DNA from: an uncultured bacterium
GTDB taxonomy: Bacteria > Eisenbacteria > RBG-16-71-46
Length of the DNA stretch: 53,983 nucleotides
Reading direction: 5' to 3'
NCBI GenBank assembly: GCA_964650245.1
Contig: CAZYQK010000002.1
Span: forward strand, 1-53,983
The position numbers were made by a program, and so were the translations under genes. This document shows positions 8,557 to 18,577 of the stretch, piece after piece. Each line of letters starts with the position of its first letter. Positions within the stretch are counted from its first letter, which is position 1. The notes under the pieces are model-generated. The model saw only the letters and a list, made by a program, of their open reading frames with translations, ran no database searches and was not told the origin of the DNA.

Positions 8557-8991
8557 CCGGGGGAGGAGCCTGCATGGCAGCCAGCGCGGGGCCCGAGCAC
8601 GCGGCGGACTCCGGAACAGCTCGCCCACTCCCGCGGGCGCGGTGATGAACGGGAGCGTCAGCCTGATGCGAAGCGAATAGGGCCCACTTTGCCAGAAGCG
8701 GGGCATCCGCTCCTGCCCCAATCCCCGGTGACGCCCAGAGTGATCGGGTCTATGCCAGAGGAGATCATTCCGGCAGGGGGACGGGCCGAAGGTGGCAAAC
8801 TATTGGGAGCGCAGGTTCTGAGGAACGCAATCACGACGGGCACAACCTCGTTGATTCCGCGAGGTCACGGCGCTATGGTCGCGGTCCGACCTTCACCGGC
8901 CCGTGGACGAGCGTCGAATGCTGCGCTTCTCTCGGGCTGCCACTCACTCGGCGGAGAGTATGGCGATCGGGCTCTCCAGAAAGGACTCACC

Positions 8992-9435
8992 ATGAGCAGC
9001 CAGGACCTGACCGAAGTCGCGCGGGAGATCGTCACGGGGTACAGCACCGCCAATTGGACGGCGCTGAAGGGTCTGTTCACGCCCGCTGCGATCTACAACG
9101 AACTCGGAAGCCAGCGGCGAATTCAGGGGCCGGACGCGATCATCCAGACGCTGCAAGGGTGGAAGAAGTCGATGACGGATTCGCAGGGGAAGGTGACCAG
9201 CGCTTTCGCATCGGGCGACACGGTGGCGATGCAGATCACCTGGACAGGGACCCATGACGGCGCGTTCACCGGTCCCGGCGGGACCGTTCCCCCAACGGGG
9301 AAACGGCAAACCACGCCCGCGGCGATGATCGTCAAGTTCAGCGGCAACAAGGTCAGTGAGATCCACCACTACTTCGACATGGTCACGTTCCTCCAGCAGA
9401 TCGGAGCCATGCCGGCGATGGCGGCGCGGACCTGA
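8992..9435 (+). CDS. SnoaL-like ester cyclase (NTF2 superfamily)
   Basis: Internal ATG at 8992 of ORF 8689..9435. The translation is MSSQDLTEVAREIVTGYSTANWTALKGLFTPAAIYNE...WTGTHDGAFTGPGGTVPPTGKRQTTPAAMIVKFSGNKVSEIHHYFD, which fits the typical ester-cyclase pattern. Confidence 0.75.
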   Translation: MSSQDLTEVAREIVTGYSTANWTALKGLFTPAAIYNELGSQRRIQGPDAIIQTLQGWKKSMTDSQGKVTSAFASGDTVAMQITWTGTHDGAFTGPGGTVPPTGKRQTTPAAMIVKFSGNKVSEIHHYFDMVTFLQQIGAMPAMAART

Positions 9436-9460
9436 GGCGCACGGACTCGAAGTGATTGGG

Positions 9461-9500
9461 CACCGCCCCGGCCGAGACGCCGGGGCGGTGTCTTCGTTTC
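9461..9500 (+). terminator. intrinsic terminator after the ester cyclase gene
   Basis: An 11-bp perfect stem, CACCGCCCCGG (9461..9471) with CCGGGGCGGTG (9480..9490), an 8-nt loop, then the T-rich stretch TCTTCGTTTC. Confidence 0.6.
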
Positions 9501-9548
9501 GCCGACCCCGTGACCGCTTCGCGCCCCCCGTGCTAGCGTGCGGGCGCC

Positions 9549-10820
9549 ATGTTCGCCCCGGCCTTGCGCGAAGTCCTCGCCGTCCGCTTTCGCGCGCTCC
9601 GCCACCGCAACTTCCGCCTGTTCTGGGCCGGGCAGCTGGTCTCGCTGATCGGGACCTGGATGCAGAGCGTGGCCCAGCTCTGGCTCATGCACCGGCTCAC
9701 CTCGTCGCCGCTGATGCTGGGGCTGCTGGGCTTCTGCCAGTTCCTGCCGGTCACGCTGCTCTCGCTGTGGGCGGGGGTGGTCGCCGACCGGATGGACAAG
9801 CGCAGGCTCATCCTGGTCACGCAGACCTGCGCGCTGGCGCAGGCCGTGACCCTGGCCGCGGTGGTGACCACCGGCGTGGTCCAGCCCTGGATGGTGCTGG
9901 CGCTCGCGTTCGTGTTCGGCATGTTCAACGCGTTCGACCTGCCCGCGCGCCAGTCGTTCCTGGTCGAAATGGTGGGGAAGGAGGATCTCTCCAACGCGAT
10001 CGCGCTCAACTCCGCCGCCTTCAACACCGCGCGCGTCATCGGCCCCGCGATCGCCGGCGTGCTGGTCGCTACCATCGGCGAGGGCGGCTGCTTCTGGATC
10101 AACGCGCTCTCCTACATCGCGGTGCTCGCCGGGCTGCTGCGCATGACCCCGATGGCGCGCGCGGAGGTCACCCGCCGGGCCGCCGCCACGCTCGCCGAGG
10201 GCGTGCGCTATGCCTGGAGCGTGGGTTCCATCCGCAACCTGCTCCTGCTGCTCGGCGTGTGCGCCGGGTTCGGCTTCCAGTACATGGTGCTGCTCCCGGT
10301 CTACGCGCGCGACATCCTGCGCGCGGGCCCGCAGGCCTACGGGCTCATGGTGACGGCGTTCGGCCTGGGCTCGCTGCTCTCCGCGGTGGGAATGACGCGC
10401 AAGCTCGACCGCTGGGACCTGCGCCGCAACCTGCTGGTCGGGCTCACCGCCGGAGGCATCGGCATGGGAGGGTTCGCGTGGTCGCGGCTGCTGCCGCTCA
10501 GCTTCGGGATGGGCTTCCTCGCCGGCTTCGGGCTCATCCTCTACGTCGCCAGCACCAACACGCTGCTCCAGCTCACCACCGAGGACGGCTTTCGCGGCCG
10601 CATCATGAGCCTCTACACGCTGATGTTCGTGGGCACCGCCCCGTTCGGCGCGCTGATCGCGGGCGGCATCGCGCAGCGTTTCGGCGCCCCGCTCGCGACC
10701 AGCGTGTGCGCGCTGGTGCTGCTGGGAGGCGCGCTGTGGGTCGCGTACCGGCTGCGCACCCTGAGGGCGCGCGAAGCGGAGCAGGCGGTCGAAGCCGCGG
10801 TGCCGGAGCGCGTGGGGTAG
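9549..10820 (+). CDS. MFS transporter (EntS/DUF894-like subfamily)
   Basis: 423-aa polytopic ORF. Its N-terminus FRALRHRNFRLFWAGQLVSLIGTWMQSVAQLWL is typical of this MFS subgroup. Confidence 0.85.
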   Translation: MFAPALREVLAVRFRALRHRNFRLFWAGQLVSLIGTWMQSVAQLWLMHRLTSSPLMLGLLGFCQFLPVTLLSLWAGVVADRMDKRRLILVTQTCALAQAVTLAAVVTTGVVQPWMVLALAFVFGMFNAFDLPARQSFLVEMVGKEDLSNAIALNSAAFNTARVIGPAIAGVLVATIGEGGCFWINALSYIAVLAGLLRMTPMARAEVTRRAAATLAEGVRYAWSVGSIRNLLLLLGVCAGFGFQYMVLLPVYARDILRAGPQAYGLMVTAFGLGSLLSAVGMTRKLDRWDLRRNLLVGLTAGGIGMGGFAWSRLLPLSFGMGFLAGFGLILYVASTNTLLQLTTEDGFRGRIMSLYTLMFVGTAPFGALIAGGIAQRFGAPLATSVCALVLLGGALWVAYRLRTLRAREAEQAVEAAVPERVG

Positions 10821-10857
10821 GCGCGGCGGCTCCGGGACGCTGTGCTATGGTGCGGCG

Positions 10858-12486
10858 ATGATTCTTTTCCTCGCGGGCACCATCGGCGAAAAGCTCCAGG
10901 CCTGGGCGCTGGATCAGCCCGAGCTCGCCATCGGCCGCTCCTCGCGCAACGCCATCCACATCGCCGACGGCACGGTCTCCAAGGAGCACGCCGAGATCGT
11001 GCGGCGCGGCGATCGCTTCTTCATTCGCGACCTGGGCAGCCGCAACGGCACGCGCGTGAACGGCGCCGAGGCCCGCGAGCCCATCGCGATCGGCGCGGGC
11101 GACCGCGTCGAGATCGGCCACGTCCTGCTCAAGGTGACCGACGGGCCGCCGCAGGCCGAGGTGCCGCTCAGCGACGCGACGATCATCGGCTCGTCGAAGA
11201 AGATCCGGGTCGAGCAGGTGCTGGAGCGGCGCATGCGCTCCCCAGAGAGCTCTGCGCAGGTGATCCACCTGCTCGCGGACGCCGGCAAGCTGCTGGTGCT
11301 GCCGCGACCGCTCAAGGAAACCTGCGACGAGCTGCTCCAGTTCGTGGAGAGGGCGGTGCCCGCCTCCCGTTACGTGCTGATGCTGCGGCAGGACGCGGCG
11401 AGCGAGCCGGTCCAGATGGCGGCGCGCCTGCGGGGCGGCCGCGCCAGCCAGCCGCTCGCGCTCTCCCGCTCCATCATGCGCACCGTGATGGACGAGAACT
11501 CCTCGGTCCTCACCTCGGACGCCGCGCTCGATCCGCGCTTCCAGGGTCAGCACAGCATCGTCGCGCAATCGGTCCATTCCGCGATGGCGGTGCCGCTGTT
11601 CGACAACGAGCGCGTCCTCGGCGTGCTCTACGTGGACAGCCAGGACTTCACCGTGACGTTTACCGAGGATCAGCTCGAGCTGCTCACGCTGCTCGCCAAC
11701 ATGGCGGCGATCAAGATCACGAACGCGCGCCTGCTCGAGGCCGAGCAGGCGCAGGCGCGACTCGCGCAGGAGCTGGCGAGCGCAGTGCGGATCCAGCGCA
11801 CGATTCTGCCCGCGGAGCCGCCGCGCGTTCCGGGCTACTGCTTCGAAGCCCTGCTGCAGACCTGCCACGAGGTGGGCGGCGACCTCTACGACTTCTACCA
11901 GCGCGCGGACGGCACGCTGCTGTTCCTGGTCGGCGACGTGACCGGGAAGGGCATGGGCGCGGCGCTGCTGATGTCATCGTTCCTGGCCTCGGCGCGCGTG
12001 CTCTACGACGCCTGCGACGACGTCGCAGACCTCGCCACGCGCCTCGGGTCAATCATGTTCCGAACCACCGACCCGATGCACTTCGTGACCGGCGTGGTCG
12101 GCGCACTCGATCCGCCGACCGGCCGGCTGCGCTACGTCAACGCCGGGCATCCCTCCATGGCGTTGGTGGCGGGGGGCGAGCTCCAGAAGCTCGAGAGCAC
12201 GGGAATTCCGTTCGGGGTCCTGCCGGCTTTTCCCTATGCCGCGAGCGAGGTCGAGTTGCGGCCGGGGGCGCTGCTCGCGATCGTGAGCGACGGCATCCCG
12301 GAGGCGGACCGCGGCGGCGAGATGTTCGAGGAGCAGCGCCTGTACGACGCCCTGCTCGAGGACGGCGCGGGCGCGCCGCTCGAAGCGCTGCGCGATCGCA
12401 TCATGGCGCGGGTGGACGAGTTCCTGGCGGACGCGCCGCGCAGCGACGACATCACGCTGCTGCTCCTCCGGCGCGAGGGCGCGTAG
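10858..12486 (+). CDS. FHA - GAF - PP2C/SpoIIE-type serine/threonine phosphatase
   Basis: The N-terminus carries an FHA signature (IGRSSRNAIHIADGTVSKEHAEIVRRGDRFFIRDLGSRNGTRVNG). The central part is GAF-like (DPRFQGQHSIVAQSVHSAMAVPLFDNERVLGVLYVDS). The C-terminus is SpoIIE-like (VGGDLYDFY...LFLVGDVTGKGMGAALLMS...NAGHP...SDGI). Confidence 0.85.
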   Translation: MILFLAGTIGEKLQAWALDQPELAIGRSSRNAIHIADGTVSKEHAEIVRRGDRFFIRDLGSRNGTRVNGAEAREPIAIGAGDRVEIGHVLLKVTDGPPQAEVPLSDATIIGSSKKIRVEQVLERRMRSPESSAQVIHLLADAGKLLVLPRPLKETCDELLQFVERAVPASRYVLMLRQDAASEPVQMAARLRGGRASQPLALSRSIMRTVMDENSSVLTSDAALDPRFQGQHSIVAQSVHSAMAVPLFDNERVLGVLYVDSQDFTVTFTEDQLELLTLLANMAAIKITNARLLEAEQAQARLAQELASAVRIQRTILPAEPPRVPGYCFEALLQTCHEVGGDLYDFYQRADGTLLFLVGDVTGKGMGAALLMSSFLASARVLYDACDDVADLATRLGSIMFRTTDPMHFVTGVVGALDPPTGRLRYVNAGHPSMALVAGGELQKLESTGIPFGVLPAFPYAASEVELRPGALLAIVSDGIPEADRGGEMFEEQRLYDALLEDGAGAPLEALRDRIMARVDEFLADAPRSDDITLLLLRREGA

Positions 12487-12499
12487 AAGGCGCGTCGGG

Positions 12500-12916
12500 A
12501 TGGAGCGCGTCACGGGCATCGGCGGCGTCTTCTTCAAGGCGCGGGATCCCGCGCAGCTCCGGGCCTGGTACCGCGACCAGCTCGGCATCGCCGCGATGGA
12601 GGAGTGGGGCGTGGCGTTCCACTGGCGCGAGCTCGACCGCCCCGAGCGCGCCGGATACACGGTGTGGTCGCCGTTCGCGCAGGACACGCGCTACTTCGAG
12701 CCGAGTGCGGCACCGTTCATGATCAACCTGCGGGTGGCAAACCTGGACCGGATGCTCGCCCAGCTCCGCGCCGCCGGCGAACAGGTGGACGAAAAGGTCG
12801 AGGCCTCCGAGTTCGGGCGCTTCGGCTGGTTCATGGACCCGGAAGGGAACAAGGTCGAGCTCTGGGAGCCGCCGGATGCCGCGGCGGGCGCGGCGGTGGG
12901 CGGCGAAGAGAAGTGA
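12500..12916 (+). CDS. VOC/glyoxalase-bleomycin-resistance family protein
   Basis: 138-aa ORF with MERVTGIGGVFFKARDPAQLRAWYRDQLGI...GRFGWFMDPEGNKVELWEP, a typical VOC beta-alpha-beta-beta-beta module. Confidence 0.8.
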   Translation: MERVTGIGGVFFKARDPAQLRAWYRDQLGIAAMEEWGVAFHWRELDRPERAGYTVWSPFAQDTRYFEPSAAPFMINLRVANLDRMLAQLRAAGEQVDEKVEASEFGRFGWFMDPEGNKVELWEPPDAAAGAAVGGEEK

Positions 12917-12943
12917 TCTCCGCCGAGATCCAGTGCCCCACGC

Positions 12944-14698
12944 TCAGGGTTTGGCTAGCCGCTCCAGCATGATGCGTGCCGAGCGCGATCCGGGATCGAT
13001 CACGAGCGCCTTGCGGTAGAGCGCGATCGCCTGCTCGCGCTCGCCCAGCTCGAGATGGGCTTCGGCCAGGCTGTCCCATACATTCGCCGACCGCGGGTAC
13101 GCCTCGGCATTGATCCGCAGCACCGCGAGCGCGGCCTCCTTCCGGCCGTCGCGCAGCAGCGCGTAGCCGGTCTCGTTGACCTCGCCCTCGGTGGTGTGTC
13201 CCCACCGGTCTGGATGGCGCCGCTTGTATTCGCGATAGGCAGCCGAGGCGGCCGCGTAGCCGCCCGCCAGCACCCGCTCGCGCAGCCGCTGGGCTAGCGT
13301 CGGCTGGCCCAGGTAGTCGAAAATCGCCTCCAGCGCCGGGTCGCGGTTCGCGCGGTAGTGCGTGCTGGTCATGGACGCTGCCAGATGAGGCGCGATCCAC
13401 GGCCGGTCGTCCCACGGCAGCCGCGCCTGCCACGCCCACTGCGAGACCCGGAGCAGCGCGCCACAGTGCGGAAGCATCACCGACCTCGCGTCGCCATAAT
13501 GGTTGGGTGGCGCGCCGGTTGGCTCGCCGACGAACAGCGTGTGGGTGTGGTCCTCGAGGAAGTTGGCGCAGTTCATCGCCGCCGAAAAGGTGCCGCGCCC
13601 GATGATGGTGAACAGGTGGCCGGGGCGGTTGACCGAGCTGTCGCGCTTGACGAGCCCGTGGATCAGCGGCTTGAGGATCAGGTTGTTGCCGCCGGAATTG
13701 TGGCGGATATCCAGCACCAGGTTCTCGACTCGCGCGCTGTCGACGAATGCGAACATGCGCTCGCAGAAACGGGAGAAGGTCTCAACGCCGTCCTCGAACT
13801 GGACCCGACGGAATTGGACGTAGAGCAGCTTCTTCTCCGGCAGGTACTCCATCCAGTAGGCCTTTTGCGGAACCCGCAGGTGGAGCGGCACCGGCGCCCG
13901 GGCACCGTCCCGCATGGTGCGGAAGCTCGCGACCGGAACACCCTCGCCGTCGAAGTACCAGTCCGGCGGACCCGCCGGCATGGGCGACGTCGCGGCCTCG
14001 AAGCGCTCGCGGCCGTGTGCGGTCTCGACGTCGAAGCGGATGCGCTCGGTGGTCTCGGAGATGCCGAGAACCTGGAGCGCGCGAGGCAGCATGAGGAAGA
14101 GCGGCGCGCGATTGAGCAGGGTGAACTCGTTGTCGGCGCTGGTGAGCGTGCCTGCACGGTTGAGCGCCTCCCGTGCGGGAAGCGCGCCGATGCGGACCAC
14201 CTTCGCGCCCACAAATGGCGCGTAGCGTTCGTCCGCCGACTGGATGAAGAGCCCGTCCTCGAACGCATAAAGCCGCACTGGGACCATGCGATCGAAACCG
14301 AGCGCCGGAAGCGTCGCGTAGAGCCCGGTGTGTCCATCACCGATCATCGCGACCAGCTGCATGAGCGCGACCGCGTTCTCGGGATCGGTGAGCCCGGGAA
14401 TGCGCGCATCGAGGCTCGACGCCGCAGAGTCGAAGCGCGCTTCGGGAATCTTGAAGAAAGGTTTCGGGTGAATGGAGCGAAGGCTCCGCACCGTGAACCT
14501 CAAGTCCTCGCGCCAGCGCGCGACGCGCGCGGTGTCGGAGGTGGTCGCGGCGACGGCGGTGGAGGTCAGCGAGAGCGCCAGCGCGGCGCACACGAACGGG
14601 ATTTTGGAAGGGATCAGGTGTCCTCCACGAGGCAGGCGGGATCGCGCCCGCCGACGGGCCGCAGTGTGCCCCGGCGACAGGCCCAGGCTGAAGCACAT
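12944..14698 (-). CDS. secreted S41-family (tail-specific-like) peptidase with C-terminal TPR repeats
   Basis: S41 core LVLDIRHNSGGNNLILKPLIHG...FTIIGRGTFSAAMNCANFL, with a TPR-like C-terminus (ANVWDSLAEAHLELGEREQAIALYRKALVIDP). The start is uncertain. A CTG at 14617 follows GGAGGA and would give a clean signal peptide, IPSKIPFVCAALALSLTSTAVAA. Confidence 0.75.
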   Translation of the reverse strand: MCFSLGLSPGHTAARRRARSRLPRGGHLIPSKIPFVCAALALSLTSTAVAATTSDTARVARWREDLRFTVRSLRSIHPKPFFKIPEARFDSAASSLDARIPGLTDPENAVALMQLVAMIGDGHTGLYATLPALGFDRMVPVRLYAFEDGLFIQSADERYAPFVGAKVVRIGALPAREALNRAGTLTSADNEFTLLNRAPLFLMLPRALQVLGISETTERIRFDVETAHGRERFEAATSPMPAGPPDWYFDGEGVPVASFRTMRDGARAPVPLHLRVPQKAYWMEYLPEKKLLYVQFRRVQFEDGVETFSRFCERMFAFVDSARVENLVLDIRHNSGGNNLILKPLIHGLVKRDSSVNRPGHLFTIIGRGTFSAAMNCANFLEDHTHTLFVGEPTGAPPNHYGDARSVMLPHCGALLRVSQWAWQARLPWDDRPWIAPHLAASMTSTHYRANRDPALEAIFDYLGQPTLAQRLRERVLAGGYAAASAAYREYKRRHPDRWGHTTEGEVNETGYALLRDGRKEAALAVLRINAEAYPRSANVWDSLAEAHLELGEREQAIALYRKALVIDPGSRSARIMLERLAKP

Positions 14699-14880
14699 CC
14701 GGCGTGACGCGGCGGATAGCGGGACGAGCGCGGCCCGAGTCGCGGGCCGACTCGCGTACGGGGCCTGCTCGAGCAGCCGGTGAGCGCAGCGCCCGGGGCC
14801 GGCACGAGATTGAGGATGCCGTGGCGTCGTGAAACCCCCATCGACCTGGTATAAAGTAGGCCGCTCATGACTCGGATTTC

Positions 14881-15954
14881 ATGGCGTGGTCTGGAACTCG
14901 TCTTTCCGTGAAGGCGCTTACCTTCCAGGGCGTGGGCGGGATTCGAGTGGACGAGGTGCCCGATCCCGTCATCGCGCACGAGCGCGACGCCATCGTCGAA
15001 GTCGAGCTGGCGGCGATCTGCGGTTCGGACCTGCACGTCTACCACGGGCGCGAGACCGGCCTCGACCCCGGGACCGTGATGGGCCACGAGTGCGTCGGGC
15101 GGGTGGTCACGACCGGTGCCGGAGTCGAGGCCCTGAAGGTGGGAGACCGCGTCGCGTGCCCGTTCACCACGAGCTGCGGCGGCTGCTTCTACTGCACGAG
15201 CGGTCTCAGCGCCCGCTGCACCACGGGCCAGCTGTTCGGCTGGGTGCGAAACGGCATGGGGCTTCAGGGCGCGCAGGCGCAGCTCGTGCGCGTGCCGCTC
15301 GCGGACACCACGCTCCTCAAGCTGCCGGACGATCTGCCTGCCGCGGAGGCGCTCCTGCTGTGCGACGTGCTCCCGACCGGCTACCACTGCGCTCGAATGG
15401 GGGAAGTTTCGGCGGAGCGCGCGACCGTCGTGATCGGCTGCGGGCCGGTCGGGCTCATGGCGATCGCAGCCGCGCGCGAGCTGGGCGCCGAGCGGCTCTT
15501 CGTGGTGGATACGATCGAGGAACGGCTGGTACTCGGGGCGGGATTCGGCGCGACGGCGATCGACGCGCGGCGCGAGGACGCGCGCGGCGTGGTCCGCGCG
15601 GCCACCGGCGGGCGCGGCGCCGACGCGGTGCTCGAAGCGGTGGGGAGCCTGGACGCCGCGCGCCTCGCCTTCGAGCTGGTGCGGCCCGGCGGGACCATCG
15701 CGGTGGTGGGCGTGCATCACGAGGCGGGCTTCCCGTTCTCGCCGCCCGAGGCCTACGACATGAACCTGACCTGGCGGATCGGCCGCTGCCCGGCGCGCAG
15801 CCTGATGGACGAGCTGGTCCCGCTGGTGCGACGGCGAGGCCGGGAGCTGGCGCGCATCTTCACGCACCGGCTCCCGCTCGCGGAGGGAGTTCGCGCCTAC
15901 GAGATCTTCGACGGGAAGCTGGACGGATGCATCAAGGTGGCGCTCGTGGCGTGA
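14881..15954 (+). CDS. zinc-dependent alcohol dehydrogenase (MDR superfamily)
   Basis: Contains [16 protein letters not shown], the structural-zinc motif [15 protein letters not shown] and the Rossmann motif VIGCGPVG. The start may instead be the GTG at 14908 (VKALTF). Confidence 0.85.
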   Translation: MAWSGTRLSVKALTFQGVGGIRVDEVPDPVIAHERDAIVEVELAAICGSDLHVYHGRETGLDPGTVMGHECVGRVVTTGAGVEALKVGDRVACPFTTSCGGCFYCTSGLSARCTTGQLFGWVRNGMGLQGAQAQLVRVPLADTTLLKLPDDLPAAEALLLCDVLPTGYHCARMGEVSAERATVVIGCGPVGLMAIAAARELGAERLFVVDTIEERLVLGAGFGATAIDARREDARGVVRAATGGRGADAVLEAVGSLDAARLAFELVRPGGTIAVVGVHHEAGFPFSPPEAYDMNLTWRIGRCPARSLMDELVPLVRRRGRELARIFTHRLPLAEGVRAYEIFDGKLDGCIKVALVA

Positions 15955-16106
15955 GCACGGCTCACAGGCCGATGCGCTCGAGCAGCCCGGCTCCGATCGA
16001 AGCGCTCGAGCCGCGGGCCCGCCTTGAGGTAAACGCCCCACGCCGCGCCATTCGGGCGCGACATGGGGCGTTCCCAAGAACGCACACCCTGCGATACATT
16101 CCGCGA

Positions 16107-18577
16107 ATGCCGCTGGCTCCCCACACCCGCCTCGGACCCTACGAGATTCTCGCCCCGCTCGGCGCGGGGGGGATGGGCGAGGTCTATCGCGCCCGCGACA
16201 CGCGGCTCGACCGCGCCGTCGCGATCAAGGTGCTGCCGCAGCATCTCTCCGCCCGAGGCGAAGCGCGCGCGCGGTGTCGAGCCTGAACCACCCGCACATC
16301 TGCACGCTGCACGACGTCGGGCACCAGGACGGCGTGGACTACCTGGTGATGGAGCTGGTAGAGGGGGAGACACTCGCCCATCGACTGGAGCGCGGCGCGC
16401 TGCCCGCGCCCGAACTACTGAGGACCGCGATCGAGATTGCCGGCGCCCTGGACCGGGCGCACCGGAGCGGCATCGTGCACCGTGATCTCAAGCCCGGAAA
16501 CGTGATGATGACCAAGTCGGGAGCGAAGCTCATGGATTTCGGGCTCGCTCGCGCGACGGGGCTCGCGCCGGCAGCGAGCGATCTCACGAGCTCACCCACG
16601 GTGACGCGCCCGCTGACGGCGGAGGGCACCCTCGTGGGCACGTTCCAGTACATGGCGCCGGAGCAGCTCGAAGGCAAGGATGCGGACGCGCGCAGCGACC
16701 TGTGGGCTCTGGGTTGCGTGCTCCACGAGATGGCGACCGGCCGGCGCGCGTTCGAGGGTGGGAGCCAGGCGTCCCTGATCTCGGCGATCATGAAGGACGA
16801 GCCGCGGCCGATCACCGAGCTTCAGCCAATGAGCCCGGCAGCGCTCGAGCGCGCCGTGAGACGGTGCCTGGCGAAAGAGCCGGACGATCGCTGGCAGAGC
16901 GCGCGCGATCTCATGCACGAGCTCCAGTGGATTCGCGAGCGCGGGTCGCAGCCTCCCGGGCCCGCGCCCGGGGCCGCGGCCGCGAAACGCGAACTCACGT
17001 ATCACGCGCTCACCTTCCGCCGCGGGGCGGTCATGAATGCGCGGTTCGCGCTCGACGGCCGGGCCGTAGTCTACGCCGCCGCCTGGGACGGAGGACCATC
17101 TCGGGTCCATCTCACGCGCCTCGAGAGCCCCGAGACCACCGAGCTGCCACTCCCGCCCGCCAACCTGCTCAGCGTCTCGCGCTCCGGCGAGCTCGCGCTC
17201 TCGCTCAATCGGCGGCAGCTCGGGACCTCCTGGATCTCGACCGGCCTGCTCGCGCAGGCGCCGCTCTTCGGCGGTGCGCCACGCGAGCTGCTGCGCGGGG
17301 TGCACGAAGCGGATTGGGCTCCCGACGGACGGAATCTGGCGGTCATCCGCCGGGCTGGTCTCGAAGTCGTCGTCGAGTTCCCGATCGGCAAGAAACTCTA
17401 CGCGTCGGCGAATTGGAAGGCGTGGTCGCGAATTTCTCCGGACGGTGAGCGGATCGCCTTTTTCGAATTGCTCGGGGGTGCCGGAAACGTGCTCCAGACC
17501 ATCGATCGGGCTGGAACGTTGCGCACGCTCGCGAAGGTTTCCCATTGGCCGGGCAGCCTGGCCTGGCGCGCGGACGGAGCGGAGATCTGGTTCACTCAGT
17601 GGGGAGGGCCGGACGGCGCGTCGCTCCGAGCCGTGGATCTCGAGGGTGGGAGCCGAACCATCACGCGTTTCATCGGCGGACTCACGAATCTGCACGATCT
17701 CTCTCCCTCGGGCGACGCGCTCGTCTCGCGCTCGCTTCTCTATTCCTCGATCGCGTGTCTGCCACCGGATCACGAGCGGGAGCGTGACCTGTCGTGGCTC
17801 GATTTGAGCATCGCCAAGGACCTCTCCGCCGACGGGCAGACGTTGCTGTTCGACGAGCAGGGCATCGGAGTCTCCGGGGAGGATCAGACCTTCGTGCGCT
17901 CCACCGACGGCTCGCCGCCGGTCCGTCTCGGTCGCGGCATCGCGCGCAGCCTTTCCCCGGACGGCCGATGGGCGATCGTGGTGGACGAGGGCGAGCTCAC
18001 CCTGCTTCCGACCGGCGCCGACGAGGCGCGCACGGTGGACACTTCGCCCGCGCGGCAGGCGGGAGTCGCCGCCTGGTTCCCGGATGGAGAACGCATCCTG
18101 TTCCAGGGGACCGAGGAGGGGAGCGGCGTTCGGCTCTACGTCGTGCCTGCGAAGGGTGGACCGCCCCGGGCGATCACCCCCGAAGGCGTGGGATTCGCCT
18201 TTGGCGCGGCGACCAGGCCGGTATCGCCTGATGGGACGCGCGTGGTCGCGATGGCGGGTGGCCGCGAGCTGCGCATCTACGACGTCGAATCGGGCACGCC
18301 GCTGGCCGCGTTTTCAGTCGAGGAGGACGAGGAGCCGATCCGTTGGAGCGCAGACGGACGATCCGTTTTCCTGTGGCGCCGGGGAGACGTTCCGTTGAGG
18401 GTATTCCGCCTCGATGTCGAAACCGGCGGCCGCGAGCGTCTGATGGAGCTGATGCCCGCGGATCCCACGGGAGTGACGACCTCTCGCACCATGCTGCTCA
18501 CGCCCGATGGTCGCGCCTACGCGTACACCTACGTGCGCCAACTGTCGGAACTGTACTTGGTTCGAGGTCTGGCATGA
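16107..18577 (+). pseudogene. Ser/Thr protein kinase fused to a PD40/TolB-like beta-propeller; reading frame broken between the VAIK lysine and helix alpha-C
   Basis: Codons 16107..16283 ([44 protein letters not shown]...) end at TGA 16284..16286. The rest of the kinase ([34 protein letters not shown]) and about 500 aa of SPDG/PD40-type repeats continue in another frame (ORF 16274..18577). No TM helix is present. Confidence 0.65.

Noticed and set aside
8557-8991. I searched all frames for a HicA-like toxin partner of the HicB-like gene.
   Set aside because: No frame gives anything resembling the HicA pattern (a ...GSH... double-stranded RNA-binding fold). The only ORFs are short and have atypical codon usage.
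15955-16106. A possible small minus-strand gene or remnant ([20 protein letters not shown]... from ORF 15897..16373 -).
   Set aside because: It would overlap the 3' end of the alcohol dehydrogenase gene and needs a frame change to end sensibly. It has no motif I recognise. I treat it as intergenic or promoter sequence for kinase 1.
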